A DNA stretch of 63,386 nt, the filler included, from Octopus bimaculoides (Eukaryota): the NCBI RefSeq assembly GCF_001194135.2. It is 7 parts of 7 records of this genome, joined end to end, with 100 filler letters (N's around TTAATTAATTAA, not from the genome) between each part and the next. Parts side by side here need not be neighbours in the genome. Positions count along the whole stretch, not along the records: positions 1 to 20,602 come from NC_068981.1; 6 more parts are not named here. One strand, written 5' to 3'. How positions within the stretch are numbered: the stretch's first letter is position 1; every line of letters begins with the position of its first letter. Both the position numbers and the translations under genes were made by a program. Below the pieces are notes generated by a model. It was not told where the DNA came from. It did no database searches and was given only the letters and a program-made list of their open reading frames with translations. Positions 1 through 10,964 of this stretch are shown here, one piece after another.

Positions 1-805
1 CGGACAGGTCATTCGGAGTTTTACTCTCTTCAGTCGAGATCCAGATTATCTTTGCAATTTCGGCTGGTTATTCTCGATATTGCTCCAATCTGGCCAGCCC
101 CAAGGAAAAACTAAGCTAAGAGCATTAGATTCCTTGGAAGAAAGCAGCGAATGTATACAAAAACAAGGACGGAAAAAACGAACAATGTTACACAAATACA
201 GTAGGAATAATAACAGGACAAAACAACAGATGTCTTTCGACTAAGGACGAATAAAATTAAGCTGGCGTGTATGGAAATAAGGTCTTACAGTCGGGATACA
301 AGATTTCACAGGCACAGGGAGGAATAACGATGTGGCACGCACAACGGCCGCCCAGGAAGAACAAAGAAGCAAGTCTACAGTTGATATCCAAACCACATGT
401 CTGACTAGGATTGAGTGAAGAGCAGTTACAGCGTGAAAAACTCGTTTTAGTCCTTCAGAAACACAGAAGCAGTTAACTTCATGTAATCATTTGTAACAAG
501 ATATCAAAATCGGTGTTAGTGACAAGGTTGCAGAAAGTCTGACGAAACATTTGAAACCAAGGAATAAATGATTAAGTTAACCGTTTCTCTGTATGTTTTA
601 ATGGCTAAAACGAGTCTTTCATGCTGTAATTGTTTTAGTCTCAGCACACTTTCAGATCAAATCACTTGTCAGACAAGTACAACTCTGAAATTAAACGAAG
701 AATATATTTTATTCCGAAAATTAAGTATGTCAGCAAGTGCAAACGACTTTTTCCGTTCTGTGTAATATAAACCATTTGAGTTTACTATCTTGGTTACTTA
801 TTTAA

Positions 806-995
806 CGCTGCGACCTGGCGGAATTGTTATCGTATTGGACAAAATACTTAGCGGTGCGTTCATTCGTCTTTACGTTCTGAATTCAAATTCCGCTGAGGTC
901 GGTTTTGCATTTCAAAATCGATAAAATAAGTATAAATTGGAGGTTGATGTAATCGACTTACGCCCTACCTGAAATTGCTGGCCTTGTGCTCAAAT
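806..995 (+). mobile_element. tRNA-derived SINE, family C (Nin/Deu-domain-like), degenerate copy
   Basis: Head 'gacctggcggaattgttatcg', B-box-like 'gaattcaaattccgctgaggtc', then 'gcatttc..tcgataaaataagta' and 'gctggccttgtgc'. Matches the better minus-strand copies at 2647 and 42181. Confidence 0.7.
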
Positions 996-1726
996 ATGTA
1001 ACCAATATATCAATTTAATTATATGAAATACTGGTATCATACAACAACGTTTTTTTTTTTTACCATTTACTTGTTTCAGTCATTAGACTGCGGCCATGCT
1101 GGGACACTGCGTTGAATAATTTTAGTCAAACAAATCGATTACAGTTCTTTTCTTTTTTTTTTAAAGCCTGATAGTTATTCTATCGGTTTCTTTTGCCGAA
1201 CCACTAGGTTACAGGGATGTAAGCACACCAACACCGGTGGTCAAGAGGTGATGGGGGACAAACACAGACACAACGATACACACGCACACACATACATATA
1301 TATATATATANNNNNNNNNNNNNNNNNNNNNNNNNNNNNNNNNNNNNNNNNNNNNNNNNNNNNNNNNNNNNNNNNNNNNNNNNNNNNNNNNNNNNNNNNN
1401 NNNNNNNNNNNNNNNNNNNNNNNNNNNNNNNNNNNNNNNNNNNNNNNNNNNNNNNNNNNNNNNNNNNNNNNNNNNNNNNNNNNTTTATGGAATCCAGGTG
1501 ACTGCGATGGCACTGAAAAGGCTATAGATGAAGTGGAACATCCATTTCTCACGGTTTCTTTTGACATTTGAATAGGCCATGTGCCCAAGGAGAATTGAAA
1601 GGTTCAGTTTCGTATCCGAAGCAGGGTGAGACTACGACTACAGATTTAGGTTTACTCATCCTGTATGTATTATATAAGATAAAAACATGTAATAATTGAA
1701 GTGGTAAAAAGATGGATTTCATATAC

Positions 1727-2010
1727 GAACCTTTGTTCTTTAAGCTGCAATCCAGCAACTTTTAGTGTTTGGCCCTGACTTTTATTAATGCTCATGGTAA
1801 AAGAAAGTGGGATAGGAAACTGCAACGGCTTAAATTAGAATGGGACATTAGATGGTATAACTGGTATACGAGGAACGAAGATGGTGTCACATTTACCACA
1901 ACCTGTGAGAATATTTACCTCAATGCAGTTCCTCATAGGCTTGTGGACAATTAGTATTGTACCATTGCATAATTTTTGTTGAGACAAATTAGTCAATAGC
2001 ATAATATGAG
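1727..2010 (-). pseudogene. Helitron PIF1-type helicase C-terminal fragment (interrupted by a stop)
   Basis: Minus strand reads IMLLTNLSQQKLCNGTILIVHKPMRNCIEVNILTGCGKCDTIFVPRIPVIPSNVPF*FKPLQFPIPLSFTMSINKSQGQTLKVAGLQL. This is the LCNGT ... PRI ... QFP ... INKSQGQTL motif series of Helitron/PIF1 helicases. Confidence 0.9.
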
Positions 2011-2016
2011 ATATAA

Positions 2017-2345
2017 AAAAGCATAATAGCTTCCCATGAACCATTTACTTTCATTTTGGTGGACAAACAAACGAACAAACACACAAACGGACAGAATTTC
2101 TCTTTTGTATATATATAGATAAGATAAGATAAAGCATTATAGTTTCCCTTGAACTATTTACTTTCATTTTGGAAGATAAACAAATGAACAAACACACAAA
2201 TGGGCAGAATCTCTCTTATATATATAGATAAGATATAAGATAAGATAAGAAAAAGCATAATAGTTTCCCTTGAACCATTTACTTTCATTTTGGAGGATAA
2301 ACAAACACACAAACGGACAGAATCTCTCTTTGAGATATATATAGA
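2017..2345 (-). repeat. Three tandem ~113-121 bp units resembling a Helitron 5' terminus
   Basis: Units recur near 2017, 2131 and 2251 ('aaagcataatag.ttccc.tgaaccatttactttcattttgg...cagaatctctc..tatatatagat'). On the minus strand each starts A^TCTATATATAT. Confidence 0.7.
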
Positions 2346-2646
2346 TATACAACTGACTTTCCGTCTAAGAAACCCACTCACAAGGCTTTGGTTGGCCCGG
2401 CCATAGTAGAAGACACTTGCCCAAGGTGCCACACAAAAAGACTGAACACGGAACCATGTGGTTGAGAATGGAAGTTATATCTAATTATATACCTTCAAAA
2501 GGCATTTTGCATATGACGACGTTTCAGGTTCGCTACACACATTGTCAAGTAGTTATTAAGGTAAGTTTTGATAAGTGCAAATTTACCGTTATTAAAAATG
2601 ATTGCAGTGTTGTAGGAAATGCAAGAAATATTCTTTTCTACTCTAG

Positions 2647-2845
2647 ACACAAGGCTTGAGATTTGGGGGGAAGGGACCAGTCGATTAGAGCGACCCCAGT
2701 ACTCAACTGGTACTTAATTCATCGACCCCGAAAGGATGAAAGGCATGGTTGACCTCGGCGGAATTTGAACTCAAAACATAAAGACAGACGAAATACCGCG
2801 AAGCATTTCGTCCGGCGTGCTAACGTTTATGCTAGCTCGCCGCCT
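2647..2845 (-). mobile_element. tRNA-derived SINE, family C (Nin/Deu-domain-like)
   Basis: Minus strand: AGGCGGCGAGCTAGC (A box) ... GAGTTCAAATTCCGCCGAGGTC (B box) ... GCCTTTCATCCTTTCGGGGTCGAT..TAAGTACCAG, similar to the Nin/Deu core. Confidence 0.8.
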
Positions 2846-3764
2846 GCAAGAAATATTAAATACTAATTAAAAACTATAAATGTTCATTAAACACTAATGA
2901 AAAACGATAAATGTTTACATCTGTTTTGTGAACAAGATGCAACTGGTTAACACTTAATTCAATATTTCTTGAATGATGTATAACTTCCGACAGAAAAAGG
3001 AAATATTAATTTTTTTTATATATGTTCACACGCATACGTACATGCGTGCGCATGCATGTATACATGAGCATATACACACGTATGTATGTATGTATGTATG
3101 TATGTATTATGTGTTTGTGTGTGTGTATACATACACAAACATATACATAGACACATACATATAAGTATACATACTTATGTATGTGTATACATTTACATAT
3201 GATAGATTTAAATGTGTGTGCGAATGCTTGTGTGTGTACTCACGTATGTATACACACACACACATGATACGTGTGTGTATAAGTGTATGGTCTGTATGTA
3301 TGTATGTGTATATATGTGTGTTGTGTGTATATTTATGTGTGTAGATATGTGTGTGTGTATGTATGTGTGTGTTTGGAGTGCGTGTATGTATGTATGTATG
3401 TATAGACAGACAGATAGATACATACATACATACATACATACATACATACATACATACATACATACATACATACATACATTACACGCATATACTGACGCAG
3501 ATCGAGAATAATGTTTTCCAGATGTTTCCACCCTCAGTCCTGCTCTACCCTGCCGACCATAACATACCCTTCATTACCCCGCTCCTTCTTTCTCTCTCTC
3601 TCTCTCTCTCCCTCCCTGCATATCTCTTCCAGCTTCTGCTTTTATTTCGTTCGTCTTAACACCATTGAACTTTCGTTCACACATACGCAGCCCCCACCGG
3701 AAAATTTCCAGGTGGATAGATGATATGGAGGGGTAGATAGGAAGAGAGGGCAGATAGAAAGATA

Positions 3765-3808
<44 letters not shown>

Positions 3809-3835
3809 GAGAGGAAGAAAGGGTAGGAGATATAT

Positions 3836-4598
3836 TACTCTTTTACTTGTTTGTCATTTGACTGCGGCCATGCTGGGGCACCGCCTTTTAGTCGAGCAAA
3901 TGGACCCTAGGACTTATTCTTTGTAAGCCTAGTACTTTATTCTATCGGTCTCTTTTTGCCGAACCGCTAAGTTACGGGGACATAAACACACCAGCATCGG
4001 TTGTCAAGCGAAGTTNNNNNNNNNNNNNNNNNNNNNNNNNNNNNNNNNNNNNNNNNNNNNNNCACACATACATACATATACATATATACGACGGGCTTCT
4101 TTCAGTTTCCGTCTACCAAATCCACTCACAAGGCTTTGGTTGGCCCGAGGCTATAGTAGAAGACACTTGCTCAAGGTGCCACGCAGTGGGACTGAACCTG
4201 GAACCATGTGGTTGGTAAGCAAGCTACTTACCACACATTCATTTGATTGCGGCCATGCTGGAGCACCGCCTTTAGTTGAACAAAGCAACCCCAGGACTTA
4301 TAAGCCTCGTATTTGCTTTAAGTCTCTTTGCTGAACCGCTAATTTACGGGGGCGTAAACACACCAACATTGGCTGTCAAGCGATGATGGGGGGACAAACA
4401 CAGACACACAAACACACACACACACACACACATACGACGGGCTTCTGTCAGTTTCCGTCTACCAAATCCACTCACAAGGCTTTGGTCGGCCTGATACTAT
4501 AGTAGAAGACACTTACCCAAGGTGCCACGCAGAGGGACTGAACTTGGAACCATGTGGTTGGTAAGCCAGTTACTTACCACACAGTCACTCCTGCGCCT
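3836..4598 (-). mobile_element. Two tandem family-A SINE copies (3836-4235 and about 4240-4598)
   Basis: The same consensus occurs twice in tandem, each with an internal (CA/TA)n tract. The second copy's head ends 'cactcctgcgcct' (AGGCGCAGGAGTG on minus). Confidence 0.85.
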
Positions 4599-4915
4599 AA
4601 TATATTTTCTCCTTAGAGGAAATATGCTTCTCATGGAAAATGAATTTTTTTTTTTTTTTTCGAATAACGAAAGCAACAAATAGAGAAACGAGACAGGCAA
4701 CATAAAGAACAATCCCTTCATCAGTTGTCACCTGTTTTATCTACTCCGCGACTCTTTTATGCGTTTCAACCCAAAGGCTGTAGCCATGCTGGAGCACCGC
4801 CAGAGCAGTCACCTTTTCAATGGCCAATCCTATGTGATTGGCTTTTAGAGAGAGAGAGGGAAGCGAGAGAGCGACACAGTGTGTGTGTCTGAGAGGGAGA
4901 GAAAGGGATAAATGT

Positions 4916-4982
<67 letters not shown>

Positions 4983-5020
4983 CATACATACATACATACA
5001 TAGAGCTAGATAGATGGATG

Positions 5021-5073
<53 letters not shown>

Positions 5074-5075
5074 CG
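4916..5075. repeat. (GATA)n/(TACA)n compound microsatellite
   Basis: Directly visible tandem tetranucleotides. Confidence 0.95.
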
Positions 5076-5194
5076 AGGGAGGGAGGGAGTAACATAGAGA
5101 GAGAATTGGAGAGACATAGACAGAGAGGAAGAGAGAAAAACAATGGTGACAAAATGTCTGAGAGATTTGAGTGATTGAGCTATTTAATGATGAT

Positions 5195-5650
5195 GGTGCT
5201 GTTGATAGACGATGATGGTGGTGGATATGAAGGTGATGATGAATGACAAAGGGGGCGTAAATCCGGTCGCATTTGGTTATAACTGTGATAGTGGTAGTGG
5301 TGGTGTTTGTAGTGGCGAGATGATGATGATGGAGACGATGGAGGGGGAGGAGAGTGTCGTTGCGGTCGTAATGGCGGAGATAACGTTTGGTGTATGGCCG
5401 ATGAGGCGGGGTGGGGGGTAGCTGTGATAGTGGTGATGGTGGTGTTTATGGCTATGGTGGAGAAGGTATTAGTGATGATGGCGCTGGTGGTGGTGGTGGT
5501 AGCGGCGACGGTGGTGATGGTGGCTGTGGTGGTGGTGGTGGTGATGATGTTTTTTTTTGGCAATGGTGGGAAAGGCAGCATTGATGATGGCGGCAGTAAC
5601 AGCGATGTTGTTGTTGTTGCTGGTGGTGGTGGTGGTGATGGTGGTGGTTG
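5195..5650. repeat. Degenerate (GAT/GGT)n low-complexity tract
   Basis: Trinucleotide-rich; the overlapping ORFs are poly-V/M/T artefacts. Confidence 0.85.
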
Positions 5651-6129
5651 AAATCCTTTTTCTTCGTTGACCGGAGAAGTATATAAAAAAAAAACAGGGA
5701 TGGATTACCTATGTGGAATAAGAGAGAGAGAGAGATGACAGCTGTTTGATTAACTTAAACCCTTCTTTCGCATCACCCACCAGTCGCTTTCATTGGATCG
5801 GGGTCTTGACTCGGGATACACAATAACAAACTTAAGCCTCAACTCCTGAAATATAAACTTGTGCACGTGTTGTTGTTGTTGGTGGTGGTGGCTGAGGCGG
5901 CGGTATTTGACCCCAGGTCAGTCATCATCCAACAGACCTATGATAGACGATGTTCCAACCGTAACTACCTCTTATCTTTGATATTTTACTTGTTTCAGTC
6001 ACTGGTCTACGACCATACTGGGGCACCACCACCTTGAAGGGTTTAGTTCTAACGGTTTTCAACTGGGTTCCATATAACCCCTGGGGCTCCATATTAAGAT
6101 TCTGTTGTTAAAATTTGCGCAATAAACTG

Positions 6130-6400
6130 AATTTGGTAGACGGAAACTGAAATAAGCCCGTCGTATATATGTATATATATATATGTATGTGTGTTTGTGT
6201 GTCTGTGTTTGTTCTCCCACCATCGCTTGACAACCGATGCTGGTGTGTTTACGTCCCCGTAACTTAGCGGTTCGGCAAAAAGATTACTGATAGAATAAGT
6301 ACTAGGCTTACAAAGAATAAGTCCTGGGGTCGATTTGCTCGACTAAAGGCGGTGCTCCAGCATGGCCGCAGTCAAATGGCTGAAACAAGTAAAAGAGTAA
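6130..6400 (+). mobile_element. Family-A SINE, 5'-truncated
   Basis: 'ggtagacggaaactgaaataagcccgtcgtat...cgactaaaggcggtgctccagcatggccgcagtcaaatggctgaaacaagtaaaagagt'. Confidence 0.85.
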
Positions 6401-6505
6401 TAAACTGGTTTTACTTTTACGATACACTAAATATTTTAACAATTTTTTAATACAATTCCTAATACTATTATAGGACTTTTTAAACATTGAATGGCTATGA
6501 GGGTC

Positions 6506-7029
6506 TGTAACGGTCGGTATTCGCTGCAGTTGAGGGTCACCAATTGTAACGGTTGTTGTTAAGGTGTTGGTTGCCAGTGTGCAAGATGGAAGAAAGAACA
6601 GTGATCAAAGTTGTAAAGAAATATTTATTTGCCATTACTTTATAAGCCATACCACGGCGGATAGGCTAGTGTAATAGTATAAACACAGTTCGTAAAGCAT
6701 GCAAGGTAAAGAATGTGTGTACACGATCTCATAGTAGTACATATAGAGAGATATGGTAATGTTACAGAGAAAAGAAAGTGAGTTAGTGAGAGTGAGAGTG
6801 GTGGGACGAAACAACTGTTTCGTTGGTGAGTTACCATAGTTGTCTCTTTGCGCCTTTTCCTTCAGAGACGGCGTTTTGTTCAGCCGGCCAGCCAGACTTT
6901 GGCTTACGGAGTTCTTTTTATAACTATCCAAAACCAGCCAGAAAGATAGACGTATTCTTGAGAACACTAGATTTCGTTGGCGGTCTGTTATCTCTATTCT
7001 AGCTTTTGGTGACCTAGAAGAGGTTAGAA
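6506..7029 (-). mobile_element. Probable solo LTR
   Basis: Left end TGTAAC; right end 'ggttagaa' (degenerate inverted terminus); 5-bp direct repeat GGGTC at 6501-6505 and 7030-7034. On the minus strand there is a TATA-like TATAAAAA near 6915 and AATAAA near 6625. Confidence 0.55.
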
Positions 7030-7276
7030 GGGTCAAGTGGCAAAGACATTATTCTACTTAGTGAAAGCATCTCGCAAATGTAACTGTTGTAACTCACAGA
7101 AAAAATTATTGTTTTGCCGTGAGAAAAGTGCTGTTGAAATATTAAGAGAAATTTGGCGATCGAGGATCGAATCAACGCTATGCCTGTATGAAGCCACTAC
7201 AGGTCCGTCCGAATATAAGAGGAATCAAAGGGATCCATAGGGGTAAAAAAAATGGTTGAGAACCAATGGTTTAGAC

Positions 7277-7477
7277 CAGTGAATCCCAACCTTTTTTATG
7301 CCCCGCCCCCTAAAAACTTTTAATATTTTCTCTCACCCCTAAAAGTAATAATTTATGTAAGAATAAAGGTGCCCGGGGCAATTGCTCTCCTTGATTCCCT
7401 ATAAATCCGGCCCTGCTCGTACCCCCTGCAATGCTATCTCGTACCCCTGGTTGGGAAATCCTGGTTGGGAAATTCTG
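7277..7477. mobile_element. hAT-type MITE (201 bp) with 8-bp TSD
   Basis: Termini CAGTGAATCCCAACC / GGTTGGGAAATTCTG. TSD GTTTAGAC at 7269-7276 and 7478-7485. Confidence 0.8.
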
Positions 7478-7485
7478 GTTTAGAC

Positions 7486-7815
7486 GAAGGAATTGACTCC
7501 AGTACATATTTTAAAATCTGGTACTCATTCTATCAGTTACTTTTGCCGAATTGCTAATTACGGGGACGTAAACTAACCAACACCGATCGTCAAGCGGTGA
7601 CAGTGACACACACACACACATACACACACACACGTGTACATACCTACAAAGACAACGGGTTTCTTTCAATCTCCGTCTACCAAATCCTCTCACAAGATAT
7701 TGGGTTCTACCTGGGGCTATAGTGGAAGACGCTTGCCCATGGCACCGCGCAGGGGGGGGGCCGAGCCTGAAACCGAGCGGTTGCAAAGTGAGCTTCTTAA
7801 CCTCACAGCCATGCC
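7486..7815 (-). mobile_element. Family-A SINE, diverged
   Basis: 'gtactcattctatcagttacttttgccgaattgctaattacggggacgtaaac...ctatagtggaagacgcttgccc...cctcacagccatgcct'. Confidence 0.75.
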
Positions 7816-7876
7816 TGTATGTTGTTGTTGTAGTAGTAGTAGTAGTAGTAGTAGTTGCTGTTGTTGTTGCTGCTGT

Positions 7877-7908
<32 letters not shown>

Positions 7909-8230
7909 TTCTTCTTCTCCTTCTCCTTCTTCTCTTTCTTCTTCTTCTTCTTCTCCTTCTTCTCTTTCTTCATCTTCTTCTTCTTCTTCTTCTTCTTCTT
8001 CTTCTCTTTCTTCTTCTTCCAAATATTCTTCTTCGTCTTCTTCTTCCCCTTCTTCTTTTTCTTCTTCTTCTTCTTCCAAATCTTCTTCTTCTTCTTCCAA
8101 ATCTTCTTCCTTCCTTTTCTCCTTCTTCTTCTTCTCGTTCTTCTTCTTCTCGTTCTTCTTCTTCTCGTTCTTCTTCTTCTTCTTCTTCTTCTTCTTCTTC
8201 TTCTTCTTCTTCTTCTTCTTCTTCTTCTTG
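7816..8230. repeat. (GTT)/(GTA)/(CTT)n compound trinucleotide array
   Basis: About 350 bp of nearly pure pyrimidine (CTT)n on the plus strand. Confidence 0.95.
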
Positions 8231-8439
8231 TTTAGCCTCAGGGCAGCAAAGATCAGACAGGTCTTTGATCAAAGGTATCCTTGCTACGATTGAACTATCC
8301 CGGTTTCCTTTTAAACTACCAACAGATGATATCTGTATTAACCAATCTGACCTGACGGCTGCTCCCTTGCTAATTGCTGCTGCTGCTGCCGTCGCCGCCG
8401 CCGCTGTTACTATTGTTATTCTTCAGCCGAGTGTTGTGA

Positions 8440-8625
8440 AGGCGCGTGGCTTTGTGGTTAGGGTATTCGGCTTACGATCGTAAGGTTGTGAGTTCGATTC
8501 CTGACAGCCTCTTGTGTCATTGAGCAATGCACTTTATTTCACGTTGCTGCGGTCCACTCAGCTGGCAAAAATGAATTGTACCTGTAATTCAAAGGGACAG
8601 CCTTGTCACATTGTGTCACACTAAA
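8440..8625 (+). mobile_element. tRNA-derived SINE, family B
   Basis: A box TGGCTTTGTGGTT, B box GAGTTCGATTCC, then 'gtgtcattgagcaatgcactttatttcacgttgct..gtccactcagctgg'. Related minus-strand copies at about 14240-14371 and 51230-51385. Confidence 0.75.
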
Positions 8626-9376
8626 TCGGCAAAGGGAAAATTCCATGCACACCACCCATTTCCGATGGGGGGGGGGGGGTCTAATTTTTTTCTTTTTTCG
8701 GATTTCTGTTTTCGATATAGGAGAATACAATTTTGCCCAAAATTCACATTTTCAAAATTTTAAACCTCCCCCCACACACACACACCACCACCACCACGAC
8801 CACCACCACAAAAAATTCTTAATTTAAACATTTTTCTGGAATTCTTTTTTTCTTTTTAATCCACGTATAAAAATACAGAGATTACGAACCTGGATATTTT
8901 TGTTATTTTAAATTTTAATTTTTCTTAAAGAAACACTCAAGGTCCCCTTCCCTCACGTCGCCCACTCATCATCACCTCTTCGCTTTGAAAAAGCTAAAAA
9001 TGCCGGATGCTTCACTTTCGTTTGATGGATGGTCTGCACGCGCTTTACCTTCGCCACTGAATCTCCCTGAGAACTACTATAAGGATACACGTGTCTGTTC
9101 GGTTGATCGGATCAATTGAAACAGTTGTCATCGTAACTGGCGGGAAACCAGGTTAGCTTAATGGTTCTGAACATAACATCAGCGTCCGCCACTAAACCAT
9201 TAGTGACATATCCCCATCTATACACACAATTTATCAATGAGAAGACAAAATACACTTTGCGTCGTCTTCGCCATGACGTTGGACAAGTATAAAAGTATAA
9301 AAGCCGTTATTTTTTAAATTAAATATTGCAATGTTTCGTCCCTTTCTTTTAAATCAGGGTTCATATAGCGTTTGGG

Positions 9377-9728
9377 GGCGATCTTTCGGTACGAGTTCCT
9401 AATTATCGGCCTTTTCCGTAAAAAGTGTTGGAGAGAAACAGGGAAACGACGTCATAACAGCGAAAGACATACAGAGAGCGCGATTTATTTTGAAGGGTTT
9501 AGAGTTAGGGTTAGGGTTTTAGGGTTTGCGTTAGAGAATTCCGTCCCTAACCCTAACCCTAAACACTAACCCTAACCCTAAAACCCTAACCCTGACACTA
9601 AAACCTAACCCTAACACCGTAGTGAAGATCGTGCGGATGTTACGGAAAAGCCGATCTTTGTTAAAGATCGCCGAAGACACTTTTTACGGAAAAGGCCGAT
9701 ATTTAGGAACTCGTACCGAAAGATCGCC
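9377..9728. mobile_element. Merlin-type MITE (352 bp) with internal inverted telomere-like repeats
   Basis: About 52-bp TIR 'GGCGATCTTTCGGTACGAGTTCCTAA.TATCGGCCTTTTCCGTAAAAAGTGT'. 8-bp TSD CGTTTGGG at 9369-9376 and 9729-9736. GG...CC ends. Interior is (TTAGGG)n - GAATTC - (CCCTAA)n. Confidence 0.8.
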
Positions 9729-10890
9729 CGTTTGGGAGTTCAAAATAAGATTTTGTTGTTGAGGTTTACGTGCAATAAAATTAGTTATGTTTTTACAACA
9801 CACGAAATATTTCAGATATTTTTCAATCTGACTGTACAGCCACATCTATCTCAGAACCGACACCATCACGGACATTACAAATGTTGTCATCAGTTGTTAG
9901 TCAACAAGTTTCAGGGAGGACCATGTATGACAGAACCACTGGTGGAGACATTTGCAAAGAGATGTAGAAAACACTGACTAAATACAATGTGGTTTGAAAA
10001 TGTCTATAGTCAAATTACAACTGATGGTGAGGAAAATTGGCGTGGTGTGGGAAAATATTTCATTGGAAAGACCACAAATAAATATATTATAAAATGTCTG
10101 CAAGTTTAGTTCCTGTTTACATCACATGCAGCCCAGTCTAATTCATAATGATTTTACACTACGACCTAAAACAACACCATCGCGGCGACATTCACACAAC
10201 AGCACTGCGCCTGAAATCCTCCCGGCTTCAATATACAAGTTTCCTATTTTGAAGTGATCAAAACTAAAACCTTTCATTAAAATTTTGTTCCAAACACCAG
10301 CTTAATACGAACAAAATTCTTTATTATTTAAAGAAATCAATTGAAACTAAGACTGTGTAGTTTAACAGAAATATAGTAACATTTGATTACTATTTTTGGC
10401 AGGTCGAACGAGCACGTACTTGTTCCCTCAATGCCTCAAAGATATAATTGCTATAGTTGTTGCTTAGACCCAAGCCAGTATTTCTATGATCAAAAGCAAT
10501 CCAACCGCGATCTTTTGTATACCTAGTAAAGGTCACCTCTTTTTTTTACGGAGGCAGCGTGAAAGTTTATTGGTGATTTGGTTATTATTTCTAGCAAGTC
10601 GAACGACCGAGTACGATTGGGAAACCCCTCGCCTGCAGATGACATTCTATTGTCAAACCTCCCACCGAAGTCTCTTAAAGCCCTCATAAAATTAAAATAA
10701 ACCGGTTGAAAACATTGAAACAAAACCAATGATCTCATACTATTTACATACCTGTGAATTTGGGTTCAATTTGGGTTCAATTTCACTGCGTGGCACCTGA
10801 AACAAGTGTTTTTTTTTATTTATTATAGCCCCGGGACGCCGAATACCTTGTAACTGAATTTGGTAGACAGAAACTTGTAGAAGCCTGTTG

Positions 10891-10962
<72 letters not shown>

Positions 10963-10964
<2 letters not shown>

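Larger units (their letters stand above)
1066..2468 (-). mobile_element. tRNA-derived SINE, family A (octopus OK/OR-like), split by a gap and a Helitron remnant
   Basis: 3' half at 1066-1310 ('tttacttgtttcagtcattagactgcggccatgctgg...'). 5' half at about 2357-2468 ('ttccgtcta..ccactcacaaggctttgg..gacacttgcccaaggtgccac..gaaccatgtggttg'). The intervening DNA sits at the SINE's internal microsatellite. Confidence 0.7.

Noticed and set aside
2017-2345. Regularly spaced repeats as a possible CRISPR array
   Set aside because: The units are full tandem copies without unique spacers, the context is eukaryotic and there are no cas genes.
3107-3659. MYVC, HTYI and CVCV-type ORFs here and throughout the window
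   Set aside because: Translations of (TATG)n, (CA)n and (GATA)n microsatellites.
5180-5651. ORFs rich in T, V and M
   Set aside because: Degenerate GAT/GGT low-complexity sequence.
7634-8483. Long poly-Ser, poly-Glu, poly-Leu and poly-Phe ORFs
   Set aside because: Translations of the (CTT)n array; open in several frames with no splice or domain evidence.
8440-8520. tRNA-like sequence with A and B boxes
   Set aside because: No complete cloverleaf, and it continues into a multi-copy body, so it is a SINE head. The same applies to families A and C.
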